This document shows, one piece after another, positions 7,685-17,102 of a stretch of 64,000 nt of DNA. The notes beneath the pieces are model-generated. The model did not search any database, was not told where the DNA came from, and saw nothing but the letters and a program-made list of their open reading frames with translations. Origin of the DNA: Spirochaetales bacterium (GTDB taxonomy: Bacteria > Spirochaetota > Spirochaetia > JABEVK01); the NCBI GenBank assembly GCA_013044245.1, contig JABEVK010000004.1:1842-65841 (forward strand), read 5' to 3'. The translations under genes were made by a program, and so were the position numbers. Positions within the stretch are counted from its first letter, which is position 1, and the number at the start of each line of letters is the position of its first letter.

Positions 7685-10055
7685 ACCACAACGTCGCTTG
7701 ACTATTGCCATGCTTGCGGCTGAGTTGGATGACGACTATCAAACCGCGATTTGGAAAGGGGTAGAATCTCGAGCCGCGCAATTGGATATTGGGGTCCTTT
7801 CAATTTTAGGCTCGCGGATTGAGTCACCGATTGGTTTTGAAGCGACAGCTAATACCATTTATAGTTTGGCCGATTCTCATCAAATTGATGGTGTTGTTGT
7901 TCTTACAGCTGCTATCTCGACCTTTATCGATACGCATAAAGTGTTAAAGTTTCTTCAAAACCCTTTAGGAATTCCTCGAGTTTCTCTGGGGTTAAAAGTG
8001 CCTGGGATTCCGAGTTTAGTCGTCGATGGAGCGCAAGGAATTGAGGATTTAGTCAAGCATTTGGTGTTAGGGCATGGGCGTCGTCGAATGGCTATCATCT
8101 CGGGCCCCGCTGGGCATGGCGAAGCGGAAGAGCGAAAAATTTCGCTGCTGACGGCCTTGAAGAGTTTTGGTGTTGTCCCTGACCAACGATTGATTGTGCC
8201 TGGAAGTTTTCTTCAGGTGTCTGGAGTCGACGGAGTGAAAACTTTACTAAATCAACAGATACCGTTTGATTCGTTATTCTGCATGAATGACCGCACGGCT
8301 ATTGGCGCAATCGAAGAACTTCAAAGGTCTGGTGTGAAAGTGCCGCAAGAAGTGGCTGTCGTCGGGTTTGATGATATCGAAGAAGGGACCTACCTGACCC
8401 CGCCGCTCACTTCGGTTCGTCAGCCCCTGTTTGAGTTGGGGGTTTCAGCGGTTGATATTCTTTATGATATTTTGCAAGCCCGAGCCCCTCTCACTCACCA
8501 TCTTTTATGTCATGCGGTCATTCGTGAATCCTGTGGATGTCTTCCCCGGCAAAGTTTTTCATCCGAAAATCATGTCAAGTGGGAAGATATTAGTAAACTC
8601 GATCGGCATTTGGTTGACGAATTGTTACGGCTGGCCATTAGCGGGAATGAGCACCTCTTTTTAAAGAGGCTCAACCAAAACTTACTCGACAGTGTCGTTC
8701 AACGACGCAGTTTGGAGCGGTGGCAAGACTACTTGACGGCCATACGGTCCAAACTTCGTGAAGAAGAAAGTTGGAATTTAGTGTATGATGAGTTCCTTTT
8801 TGAGTCAGCACGTGACTTAATTGCCAAGGCGGAAACACGGTCTCAGGCAGAACGTCGGATTCAAGCGTCACGTCGCTATGCTACCTTACGGTCAATTGGT
8901 TCGTCGCTCATTGCGGCTTTTGAAATGAACTCCATGATTCGAGAGTTAGCAAAAGGACTGCACGATTTAGGTTTTTACCGCGGTTTTTTGGTAAGGGTCG
9001 ACGGAAAAGATATTCCTAACGGTTGGTCACGCCTCTGGATGAGCCTAGATGACTCGCAAATTCTCCCCAACAAACCCGTTCGTTTTCACAGTAATGATAT
9101 TTTACCGGCCGATATTCTTTGGCAACAAGAGCGTTGGGTACTTGAGCCTTTAGTTTTTCAAGACGAGATTCTGGGGTACGTGATTTTGCCGGGGGGCCTT
9201 ATTGATGCTTCAACGTATGACTCGATTAAAGAAAGTGTTGCCAGTGCTATGGCCAGCCTTTTACTGCTTGAAAAAGTTCAAACGCATGAACGGCGCCTAG
9301 AACTGGATGTTGCACGTCGAACCCAAGAACTCACCCGCACCAATCAAGAATTAGTCAAAGAAGTCGATCGCAGAAAATTTCTTGAACAAGAAGTGACTCA
9401 AATTTCTAATCGGACCATGGAGTCGATTGGACAGGATCTTCACGATGATCTATGCCAGCATTTGGCAGGTATTTTGCTGATGTTTTCTGCTGTCAAATCC
9501 TCTGGACGATTGACGTCTGATTCTCCTGAAGTCCTTGACCGGATTCAAACCCTGTTGTCTGATTCGATTGTTAGGGTAAAGCAGATTGCTCGTGGTCTTT
9601 TACCGATGGGGTTTGAAGAACAGGGGTTGCTAGGGGCTCTTGAGGCTTTGGTGATTTCTGCGCGCCATTCAAGTAACGCCGAAATCACTCTAGAGACGGA
9701 TTCTGAGTTTTCGCTCGATGATAAAGATCGTGCCCTGCAAATCTACCGAATTCTACAAGAGGCCTTGCAGAATTCGTTAAAACACTCCCGGTCATCGAAA
9801 ATTGAGGTAAAACTCTATGCCAATGTTCGTACAAAAATGGTAAAACGCAGAAAAACGGCAATTCCCGGGTGGATCGCCGAAGTCAGGGATTATGGTTGTG
9901 GAATTCCTGCTAAAGTCGGCGGAGATGGAATGGGGATGCGAATCATGCGTTATCGAGCCGAGAAAGCCTGTGCTGTTTTAAACTTGGAAAGCATGGATCC
10001 TGGTACGAAGGTTTCGTGTTGGTTTGCGGAATCATCAGGAGGAGAAAACTGTTGA
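7674..10055 (+). CDS. cytoplasmic sensor histidine kinase with a LacI/PurR-type sugar-binding domain (no HTH) fused to a HisKA_3 + HATPase_c kinase
   Basis: Residues about 1-300 match the Peripla_BP (LacI C-terminal) fold: VVGFDDIEEGTYLTPPLTSVRQP, DGVVVL, RRRMAIISG. The H-box DLHDDLCQHLAGI is HisKA_3 type, and a C-terminal ATPase domain follows. No TM segment or signal peptide is present. I take the start as the ATG at 7674; the ORF-track start at 7611 overlaps deoC. Confidence 0.75.
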   Translation: MSIKPQRRLTIAMLAAELDDDYQTAIWKGVESRAAQLDIGVLSILGSRIESPIGFEATANTIYSLADSHQIDGVVVLTAAISTFIDTHKVLKFLQNPLGIPRVSLGLKVPGIPSLVVDGAQGIEDLVKHLVLGHGRRRMAIISGPAGHGEAEERKISLLTALKSFGVVPDQRLIVPGSFLQVSGVDGVKTLLNQQIPFDSLFCMNDRTAIGAIEELQRSGVKVPQEVAVVGFDDIEEGTYLTPPLTSVRQPLFELGVSAVDILYDILQARAPLTHHLLCHAVIRESCGCLPRQSFSSENHVKWEDISKLDRHLVDELLRLAISGNEHLFLKRLNQNLLDSVVQRRSLERWQDYLTAIRSKLREEESWNLVYDEFLFESARDLIAKAETRSQAERRIQASRRYATLRSIGSSLIAAFEMNSMIRELAKGLHDLGFYRGFLVRVDGKDIPNGWSRLWMSLDDSQILPNKPVRFHSNDILPADILWQQERWVLEPLVFQDEILGYVILPGGLIDASTYDSIKESVASAMASLLLLEKVQTHERRLELDVARRTQELTRTNQELVKEVDRRKFLEQEVTQISNRTMESIGQDLHDDLCQHLAGILLMFSAVKSSGRLTSDSPEVLDRIQTLLSDSIVRVKQIARGLLPMGFEEQGLLGALEALVISARHSSNAEITLETDSEFSLDDKDRALQIYRILQEALQNSLKHSRSSKIEVKLYANVRTKMVKRRKTAIPGWIAEVRDYGCGIPAKVGGDGMGMRIMRYRAEKACAVLNLESMDPGTKVSCWFAESSGGENC

Positions 10056-10705
10056 CACCTATATCTTTTCTAGTCGTTGATGACCACCCGATTTTTCGTC
10101 AGGGATTGGTTGCCCTAATTCAAACCCAAGAGCAATACAATGTGCGTTATGAGGCGGGGTCTATTGTCGAAGCCCTTGAGCGTTTAAATACATTTGTTCC
10201 CGATATCGCCATCATCGATATTTCCTTACAAAATCAAAGTGGACTCGACTTAGTCAGACAGATGCGTCAGTCATACCCCACCGTCAAAATCCTGATCATT
10301 TCGATGCATGACGAAGTGGTCTATGCGTCCCGTGCCTTGAAAGCGGGCGCAATGGGCTATGTGATGAAGCAGGAGCCAGCATCTTTAATTCTCGAAGCGA
10401 TACAAACGGTCTTAAACGGAAAAATCTACGTTTCAGCGGTGATGCGTGACCGTTTGCTAGAAATGGTCTTTTTGCACCGAGATGAAAACGAAGCCATTTC
10501 GACCGAGGTACTCAGTGATCGTGAGTTAGAAGTCCTTGACCTCATGGGACAAGGGTATGGTGCTGTCGATATCGCCAAATTACTAACCTTGTCGGTTAAA
10601 ACCGTCAACGCCCACTATGATCATATCAAAGACAAGCTAAAAATGCCGAGCACAAGTGAACTCAGACGCTATGCCGTAAAATGGATTCAGCATAGAGATA
10701 GGTAA
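10052..10705 (+). CDS. NarL/FixJ-family response regulator (REC + LuxR-type HTH)
   Basis: FLVVDDHP...D...D at the N-terminus is the receiver domain. ELEVLDLMGQGYGAVDIAKLLTLSVKTVNAHYDHIKDKL is the LuxR HTH. The probable TTG start at 10052 is preceded by an AGGAGGA RBS; the ORF track begins at 10016. Confidence 0.8.
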   Translation: MTPISFLVVDDHPIFRQGLVALIQTQEQYNVRYEAGSIVEALERLNTFVPDIAIIDISLQNQSGLDLVRQMRQSYPTVKILIISMHDEVVYASRALKAGAMGYVMKQEPASLILEAIQTVLNGKIYVSAVMRDRLLEMVFLHRDENEAISTEVLSDRELEVLDLMGQGYGAVDIAKLLTLSVKTVNAHYDHIKDKLKMPSTSELRRYAVKWIQHRDR

Positions 10706-10825
10706 TTATACCTAGGTAAAATTACTCAATATCGCCAATGTCGTACTCTGAAAACATGGAGTAGCCTTTTACCATGAAGACCAACAAGGAGTCCTGGTCT
10801 TCAAAATTTTAAAAGGAGGAACTGC

Positions 10826-12097
10826 ATGTTTAAGAAAATCAGTGTAGTTCTTGTTGCGGCATCGGCGTTGCTCTTAGGCGCGTGCGCTCAGAAGCCAGCG
10901 GATATCTACACCGGTCAAACCCTGAAAGTTTGGTCGTTTACGAACGAACTGCAAGAGTTCATCGACCGGTTCAAAGCTGCCCACCCGGGGTTAAAGGTAG
11001 AGTATACCATTGTCCCCAATGAGCAGTATTTGGCAAAACTCAAGCCCGTTTTGCGCAGTGGTGTTGATGCTCCCGACGTATTTACGGGAGAAGCTGGCTT
11101 CGTTAAGGACTTGGTCGATAATCACTTGTGGGCCAATCTTTCGAAGGCGCCCTTTAATGTTGATACCTCGGATGTGTTCCCGTATGTCGCACAAGTGGGT
11201 ACCGATGCTGAAGGAAATGTGCGTGGGTTATCGTATCAGGCTACTCCTGGAGCCTACTTCTTTAAACGCGATATTGCAAAGAAGTATTTGGGTACTGACG
11301 ATCCCGCAGCAATCAGCAAAATGCTCGCCACTTGGGACGACGTGGTCAAAGTTGGTGAAAAGCTGAAGAAGGAATCCAACGGTAAAGTTTTCTTGATTAG
11401 CTCTATTGCGGATTTGTTTAACCCTTTCTATGCCAACCGCCAACATGGTTGGGTTGAAAATGGTCAGTTCTACTATGACGATGTGCTAAACAAAGCAGCG
11501 GAAATTGCCAAAAAGATCCGTACCGAAGGTCTGGACGCCAAGGCCGGACAGTGGTCACCACCCTGGTTCAACGGGATGAAGAAAAATGGCAACGTCTTCT
11601 TGTATATGCTACCCACATGGGGTTTGACCTACGTTCTGGAAAAGAATGCGCCTGATGCTTCTGGCGACTGGGGTGCGGCTTCTGGCCCTGCTTCTTACTT
11701 CTGGGGCGGTACATGGCTGGGTATCAATCCCAAATCCACTCAAAAGCAATTGGCTTGGGAATTTGTGAAGTTTGTTACGTTGAATCATGATACTTTGACC
11801 TGGTGGGCGACCAAGTCGGAACATGCCGGCGACTTTGTTTCCAGCATTTCTGTGGTTAACTCCTTAAAAGATACTTTGACCTCACCGTACTTGGACGGAC
11901 AGAAACACTACGCCTACTTTGACGATCAGGTTGGCAAGATCAACGGCAATCTGATTACACCCTATGACCAGCAGGGCAATGCCTTCTATCAGAATGCAGT
12001 CAATGATTACCTGGATGGAAAACTTCCCAACGTTCAGGCTGTCAAAGAACGAGTCATTTCAGACTTCAAGAACGCTTTCCCTGATCTAAAGTACTAA
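10826..12097 (+). CDS. sugar ABC transporter substrate-binding lipoprotein (SBP family 1)
   Basis: Lipoprotein signal (LLGACAQ), 423 aa, family-1 extracellular solute-binding fold, strong AAGGAGGA RBS. Confidence 0.8.
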   Translation: MFKKISVVLVAASALLLGACAQKPADIYTGQTLKVWSFTNELQEFIDRFKAAHPGLKVEYTIVPNEQYLAKLKPVLRSGVDAPDVFTGEAGFVKDLVDNHLWANLSKAPFNVDTSDVFPYVAQVGTDAEGNVRGLSYQATPGAYFFKRDIAKKYLGTDDPAAISKMLATWDDVVKVGEKLKKESNGKVFLISSIADLFNPFYANRQHGWVENGQFYYDDVLNKAAEIAKKIRTEGLDAKAGQWSPPWFNGMKKNGNVFLYMLPTWGLTYVLEKNAPDASGDWGAASGPASYFWGGTWLGINPKSTQKQLAWEFVKFVTLNHDTLTWWATKSEHAGDFVSSISVVNSLKDTLTSPYLDGQKHYAYFDDQVGKINGNLITPYDQQGNAFYQNAVNDYLDGKLPNVQAVKERVISDFKNAFPDLKY

Positions 12098-12108
12098 CGA
12101 TCACAGTT

Positions 12109-12133
12109 GAGGCCGCCGAAAGGCGGCCTTTTT
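12109..12133 (+). terminator. rho-independent terminator/attenuator between the SBP and permease genes
   Basis: GGCCGCC-GAAA-GGCGGCC perfect 7-bp stem with GAAA tetraloop, followed by TTTTT, 12 nt after the SBP stop codon. Confidence 0.6.
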
Positions 12134-12145
12134 AAGGAGTTTGAA

Positions 12146-13078
12146 ATGCAGAGGAAAACTTCTGCTGAGCAGCAAGGCAAGAACGGTTACTGGTTTATCC
12201 TTCCATTTTTTGTTTTCTTTCTTGTTTTTCAGGTCTATCCTATTTTCTATTCATTGTATTTGAGTTTTACCAGTTTTGATGGCTTTAAAAATCCTAAATG
12301 GATTGGATTTGCCAATTATGAAAGGCTGTTTTCTAAGGATTTGTGGGGTGATAGTGCCAGATTCTTATTATCATACATCAATACTTGGAGAATTTGGCTC
12401 CCCAATATTGTTTCACAGCTAACCTTGGCATTTTTAACTGCAGTAATTTTGACAAATGTTCGTCTTCGTATTAAAGGTGTAGGTGTCTTTAGGGCTGTCT
12501 TTTATTTCCCTAATCTTGTGACAGCTGCATCGATAGCCATTCTTTTTGCGCTATTGATGGATTGGCAGTATGGTGCAGTTAATCAGTTGATTTTTGGTGC
12601 GAATAAAGCCAACTATATCAACTGGACAGGGTCATCTGGAACGCTTTTTCAATTGCTTATTTCAGGAATCCAGACTTGGATGTGGTTTGGCAACACGATG
12701 ATAATTATTATGGCCGGCTTGACGAGTATCCCTCAAGCCCTATTAGAAGCCGCATGGGTGGATGGTGCTTCCACATCGAAGACCTTTTTCAAAGTTACAT
12801 TACCATTGTTGAGACCAATAATGGTGTATATCGTTATTACTTCGTTAATTGGTGGCATGCAGATTTTTGATATTCCTTTTGTCATAACAACACCTCCTGG
12901 TTCAGCTGGTCCCGAATATTCTATGCTGACAGCGATGATTTATACCTATGATCAGGCATTTACCAATAACCAATACGGGTATGCGGCGGCATTGTCATAT
13001 ATACAATTCCTACTTATCGCGATTTTCTCGGCGTTATACTTTCGCTCGATGCGACGTCAAGAACAAGGAGTGGCTTGA
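12146..13078 (+). CDS. sugar ABC transporter permease (MalF/UgpA-like)
   Basis: Multi-TM protein with the EAAxxDGA permease signature (EAAWVDGAS). First ATG at 12146 after an AAGGAG RBS. Confidence 0.8.
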   Translation: MQRKTSAEQQGKNGYWFILPFFVFFLVFQVYPIFYSLYLSFTSFDGFKNPKWIGFANYERLFSKDLWGDSARFLLSYINTWRIWLPNIVSQLTLAFLTAVILTNVRLRIKGVGVFRAVFYFPNLVTAASIAILFALLMDWQYGAVNQLIFGANKANYINWTGSSGTLFQLLISGIQTWMWFGNTMIIIMAGLTSIPQALLEAAWVDGASTSKTFFKVTLPLLRPIMVYIVITSLIGGMQIFDIPFVITTPPGSAGPEYSMLTAMIYTYDQAFTNNQYGYAAALSYIQFLLIAIFSALYFRSMRRQEQGVA

Positions 13079-13080
13079 TC

Positions 13081-13920
13081 ATGATACTGAATCAACGAAG
13101 GTCCTCGCTCGGCACTATTTTATCATACGTCTATCTTGTGTTTTTAACGGTCATCTGTGTCGTTCCGTTTTATATGATGTTGATAAATGGTACACGAGGC
13201 TCTGTTGCTATTAACCAAGGGGTTTCATTTATTCCTGGGACATATCTTATTCAAAACTTCATGAACTTGATTACAAAGGTCAATTTGTTTCAGGGTTTTA
13301 TCAATACGGTTATAATTTCAGTCGGAGCCACTGCTTTGACACTTTACGTTTCGGCTTTGACTGCCTGGGGTTTTGCGATTTATGAATTTCGTTTCAAAAA
13401 GTTGCTGTGGGGATTGGTCTTAGTCATCATTATGATTCCTAATACTCTTGGAATTATTGGTTTCTATGAGTTAATGCTCAATCTTCATCTGATCGACAAC
13501 TACTTAGCCCTAATCTTGCCAGCAGGGGCTGCTTCGGTCACTGTATTCTTCCTTCACCAATATATTAAGGGTGGTATACCTCGAGATTTTTATGAGGCAG
13601 CACAAATTGATGGTGCGAAAGAACTCTATACCTTTCACAAAATTGCTTTGCCATTAATGGTTCCAGGTTTAGCAACGATGGGAATTTTTGCTTTTGTAGG
13701 TAGTTGGAACAACTTTTTACAACCATTGATTATCTTGTATAGTCCTAGCCATTTGACATTGCCATTGCTGATTTCAGAACTGAACTCAACTGCCTATAAA
13801 ACAGATTTTGGTGTTGTGTATTTGGGTATAGGCCTGACGGTCTTACCGTTATTATTGATATTTGCCCTGTTCTCACGGTACATCTTAAACGGACTTACCA
13901 TGGGCGGCGTGAAAGAATAG
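13081..13920 (+). CDS. sugar ABC transporter permease (MalG/UgpE-like)
   Basis: EAAQIDGAKE permease signature and six predicted TM segments. The start overlaps or abuts the upstream permease stop. Confidence 0.8.
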   Translation: MILNQRRSSLGTILSYVYLVFLTVICVVPFYMMLINGTRGSVAINQGVSFIPGTYLIQNFMNLITKVNLFQGFINTVIISVGATALTLYVSALTAWGFAIYEFRFKKLLWGLVLVIIMIPNTLGIIGFYELMLNLHLIDNYLALILPAGAASVTVFFLHQYIKGGIPRDFYEAAQIDGAKELYTFHKIALPLMVPGLATMGIFAFVGSWNNFLQPLIILYSPSHLTLPLLISELNSTAYKTDFGVVYLGIGLTVLPLLLIFALFSRYILNGLTMGGVKE

Positions 13921-13938
13921 ATTGTTGTAGGGGAGATA

Positions 13939-16329
13939 TTGAAATTGGTTTCAAATAAAGTGTCCTGGCTTGATTCTACGTTATCGCCTTCAAAAAGAAG
14001 TGTTGAGCTTTTAGCGGTGATGACTCTTGAAGAAAAAATTGCACAATTATGTTCTGTTTGGCTTGATTATCTTGGTCAGGATCATTTTGTTTTGAAATCG
14101 TTTTCATCGGAGTCTGATCCCCGTCCCGATGTTCGTCAGCTGTTTCCTCTAGGAATTGGCCAAATTTCGCGACCGTTGGGGTCGCAGCCTGTTGATCCTC
14201 GAGAAGGCGTTCGAGCGCTAAATAACCTGCAAAAATTTTTTAGGGAAGAAACCCGTTTGGGGATACCGGCACTTCCGCATGAAGAATGTTTAGCAGGCTT
14301 AATGGCTCAAGGGGCAACACTTTTTCCGGCAGGAATCAACTACGGGTCACTTTGGAATCCTGAATTGGTTAAGAAAATTGCTTCAGCTATAGGAAGGGAA
14401 TTATCTTCGACAGGGTCCCGCCAAGGCTTGGCCCCTGTGCTTGATGTCGCTCGTGATGCGCGTTGGGGGCGAGTGGAAGAAACTATGGGGGAAGATCCGT
14501 ATCTCGTAGGGACTTCTGCTTTGGCTTACGTGCAAGGGTTCCAAGGAAAAGACCGTCAACTGTTAGCTACTCTTAAGCATTTTGTGGGTCATTCGTTTAG
14601 TGAAGGCGGACGAAATCATGCGCCTGTCCATATTGGCCCTCGTGAATTGATGGATGTGTTTTTGTTGCCATTTGAGATGGCAGTAAAGCTCGGTAACGCC
14701 GGTTCTGTAATGCCTGCATACCATGATATAGATGGTGAACCGTGTTCATCTTCGGTGACGCTGATGAAAACGCTTTTGCGAGAAAAATGGGGCTTTGATG
14801 GGGTGATTGTTTCTGATTATGAGGCTATTGCCCAGTTGAAGAATGATCATCGAGTCGCTTCCGATTTTAGCCAAGCCAGCGCTTTAGCTCTTAAGGCTGG
14901 GATGGATATGGAATTGCCTGGAGCGACTGTCTACGCCCAGGGTATTCGTACGGCTTTAGAAAAAGATCTGCTCACTATAAGTGACGTCGACGCTGCCGTA
15001 CAGCGTGTGTTGGTGGAAAAATTTAGGTTAGGACTTTTCGATCATCCCTATGTTTCCGAAGAAGCATTATGTTTGAATACCTCTGAGCATAAGTCTCTTG
15101 CTTTTCAATCAGCGGTAGAATCCATGGTTTTGTTGTCCAATGACGGGATGCTTCCGTTAGCGGGAACGCACAAGATTGCTGTCATTGGGCCATTGGCAGA
15201 TGAACCTTTGGCTTTTTTTAGTGGTTATTCATTTCCTGTGCACTTGATCGCATCGATGCATTCTCAGAATGCTACCCCATCAGCGATTAAAACACTACGC
15301 AAAGCGTTTGTGGAACGATTGGGAGAAGAACGTGTTTTGTATGCTCGTGGCTGCGATATTTTGTCACGAAGGCCAGATACCGCTCCAGTTTTTCCTGGTG
15401 ACCCGACTATGACACAGGGACAACGGCAGTCGTACATCAGCTATGATGAAAGTCAAATAGCCGAAGCTGTAAAAGCTGGCCAGGATGCAGGACAAATAGT
15501 AGTTTGCCTCGGGGATCTTTCTGGATTATTTCTCAGTGGAACTGTCGGTGAGGGCTCTGATGCTTCGTCGTTAAACTTGCCGGGAGTTCAGCAAAAATTA
15601 TTAGAAGCGCTCTTAGCACTCAAAAAGCCGTTGACCATTGTTTTGTTGAACGGCAGACCGTATGACCTCGGCGAGGCCGGAAAAAAATCCAATGCGATTT
15701 TAGAAGCGTGGCTACCTGGGCAAGAAGGCGCTGATGCTGTTGTTCATTTAATCTTTGGCGACGGAAACCCCGGGGGGAAACTTCCTATTTCGTTCCCTAA
15801 AAGTGCGGGAGCAATGCCGTATGCTTACAATTTACACTTTAAGTCGTGCGGTTCGCCGATTCAGCAAGATTTCGGGGCAGTGTATCCTTTTGGGCATGGT
15901 TTAAGCTACACACAGTTTTCTTACGAAGACTTTAGGTTGGAATCAGAGACCGTAGCGACGGATGGGGAAATCCGTATCACTGGCGTTGTTCGTAATGTGG
16001 GACACCGTGCTGGCGATGAAGTCGTTCAGGTGTATGGCCAGGATCTGTTAGCTCAGGTTGTTCGTCCGCAACGGGAATTAAAGGCATACCGGCGAATTTC
16101 GTTAGAGGCATCACAGGCAGTGCGAGTGACTTTTATTATACCTACCGATTTATTTCATTACAGTCCTGAAGGCCAAACACGCTTTGTGGAACCGGGTGAA
16201 TGGGCGTTGTTTGTGGGAAGTTCATCGCAAGATTATCGATTTCAGGACCATTGTATTCTGACGGGACCGGGCAGAACCTTAGGCGAACAGTGGCGGATGT
16301 TGGCTAGCTCGGAAGTACAGGAGTTCTAG
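13939..16329 (+). CDS. glycoside hydrolase family 3 beta-glucosidase/beta-xylosidase-like (cytoplasmic)
   Basis: GH3 N-terminal domain (KHFVGHS...GGRNH, and GFDGVIVSDYEAI carrying the catalytic Asp), GH3 C-terminal domain and fibronectin-like tail. No signal peptide. TTG start with a GGGGAG RBS. Confidence 0.85.
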   Translation: MKLVSNKVSWLDSTLSPSKRSVELLAVMTLEEKIAQLCSVWLDYLGQDHFVLKSFSSESDPRPDVRQLFPLGIGQISRPLGSQPVDPREGVRALNNLQKFFREETRLGIPALPHEECLAGLMAQGATLFPAGINYGSLWNPELVKKIASAIGRELSSTGSRQGLAPVLDVARDARWGRVEETMGEDPYLVGTSALAYVQGFQGKDRQLLATLKHFVGHSFSEGGRNHAPVHIGPRELMDVFLLPFEMAVKLGNAGSVMPAYHDIDGEPCSSSVTLMKTLLREKWGFDGVIVSDYEAIAQLKNDHRVASDFSQASALALKAGMDMELPGATVYAQGIRTALEKDLLTISDVDAAVQRVLVEKFRLGLFDHPYVSEEALCLNTSEHKSLAFQSAVESMVLLSNDGMLPLAGTHKIAVIGPLADEPLAFFSGYSFPVHLIASMHSQNATPSAIKTLRKAFVERLGEERVLYARGCDILSRRPDTAPVFPGDPTMTQGQRQSYISYDESQIAEAVKAGQDAGQIVVCLGDLSGLFLSGTVGEGSDASSLNLPGVQQKLLEALLALKKPLTIVLLNGRPYDLGEAGKKSNAILEAWLPGQEGADAVVHLIFGDGNPGGKLPISFPKSAGAMPYAYNLHFKSCGSPIQQDFGAVYPFGHGLSYTQFSYEDFRLESETVATDGEIRITGVVRNVGHRAGDEVVQVYGQDLLAQVVRPQRELKAYRRISLEASQAVRVTFIIPTDLFHYSPEGQTRFVEPGEWALFVGSSSQDYRFQDHCILTGPGRTLGEQWRMLASSEVQEF

Positions 16330-16334
16330 GTGTT

Positions 16335-17099
16335 CTACATGCCCATTAGTGGGCCTCGATGAGTCTTACTTTCTTCTTCATACTCGGGGAAAACACCGTA
16401 AAGCTTCAATAGGGCCCGTTCGAGAGCTTTTTCAGGATTTCCAGAAAGTTCGTGACTATGGGTAGCGTCGAAGGTTTGAGTAAAAGCTTGCAAGTCATTT
16501 TCGACTCGTTGAAGATTCTCGAGGGTTTTTAGCCAAATTTCTGAAGCCAGTCGGGAAAGGTCTGACGGCGATAGGAGCTCGACAGCCATCGCGAAGACAA
16601 TCTGAACATGTTTGAGGCATAGTCCCTTACTTTGGCCCCAAAAGGAAAAGAAATCTTGATCGTGTTTTAAGAGGTGGACAAACGTAAAGGCAAAGCGGTT
16701 CATATCCTCATCGATTTTCGTTTGGATCAAACAGCCTTGACTTTGTTTTTTGAGGTAGACGAGCAGGTTTTCGACTTCTTTACGAAGGATTTTCTTTTCA
16801 GTGGGCCGTTTAAGAAAGGAAAGCGAGCTTTCTCGTACAGCTTTAAGCCTAGTATGGGTGATTAAACCTAGGCCTAAACGGTTGTTGTCTTTGGCTAAAA
16901 TTCGGGCGCTTTCAGCCGAAAATCCGATTTTGTTAACATTAAGTCGTACTTCTGGAACCATCACCGAATGGCCAAGGTAGTAACGAACGGCGCCGGCTCG
17001 CGATCGGCGTTCTAAAAGACAAAAAGGACATTCGGTTTGCGCTTTGAGCGCGTCCCAAACCGGAATAGTATCTAATTCGTACTTCATTGTGACTCCCAA
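16335..17099 (-). CDS. hypothetical protein with an N-terminal CPFC motif
   Basis: 254-aa ORF with no family I can name from sequence. It sits immediately downstream of, and co-directional with, djlA. Confidence 0.3.
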   Translation of the reverse strand: MGVTMKYELDTIPVWDALKAQTECPFCLLERRSRAGAVRYYLGHSVMVPEVRLNVNKIGFSAESARILAKDNNRLGLGLITHTRLKAVRESSLSFLKRPTEKKILRKEVENLLVYLKKQSQGCLIQTKIDEDMNRFAFTFVHLLKHDQDFFSFWGQSKGLCLKHVQIVFAMAVELLSPSDLSRLASEIWLKTLENLQRVENDLQAFTQTFDATHSHELSGNPEKALERALLKLYGVFPEYEEESKTHRGPLMGM

Positions 17100-17102
17100 G
17101 CC

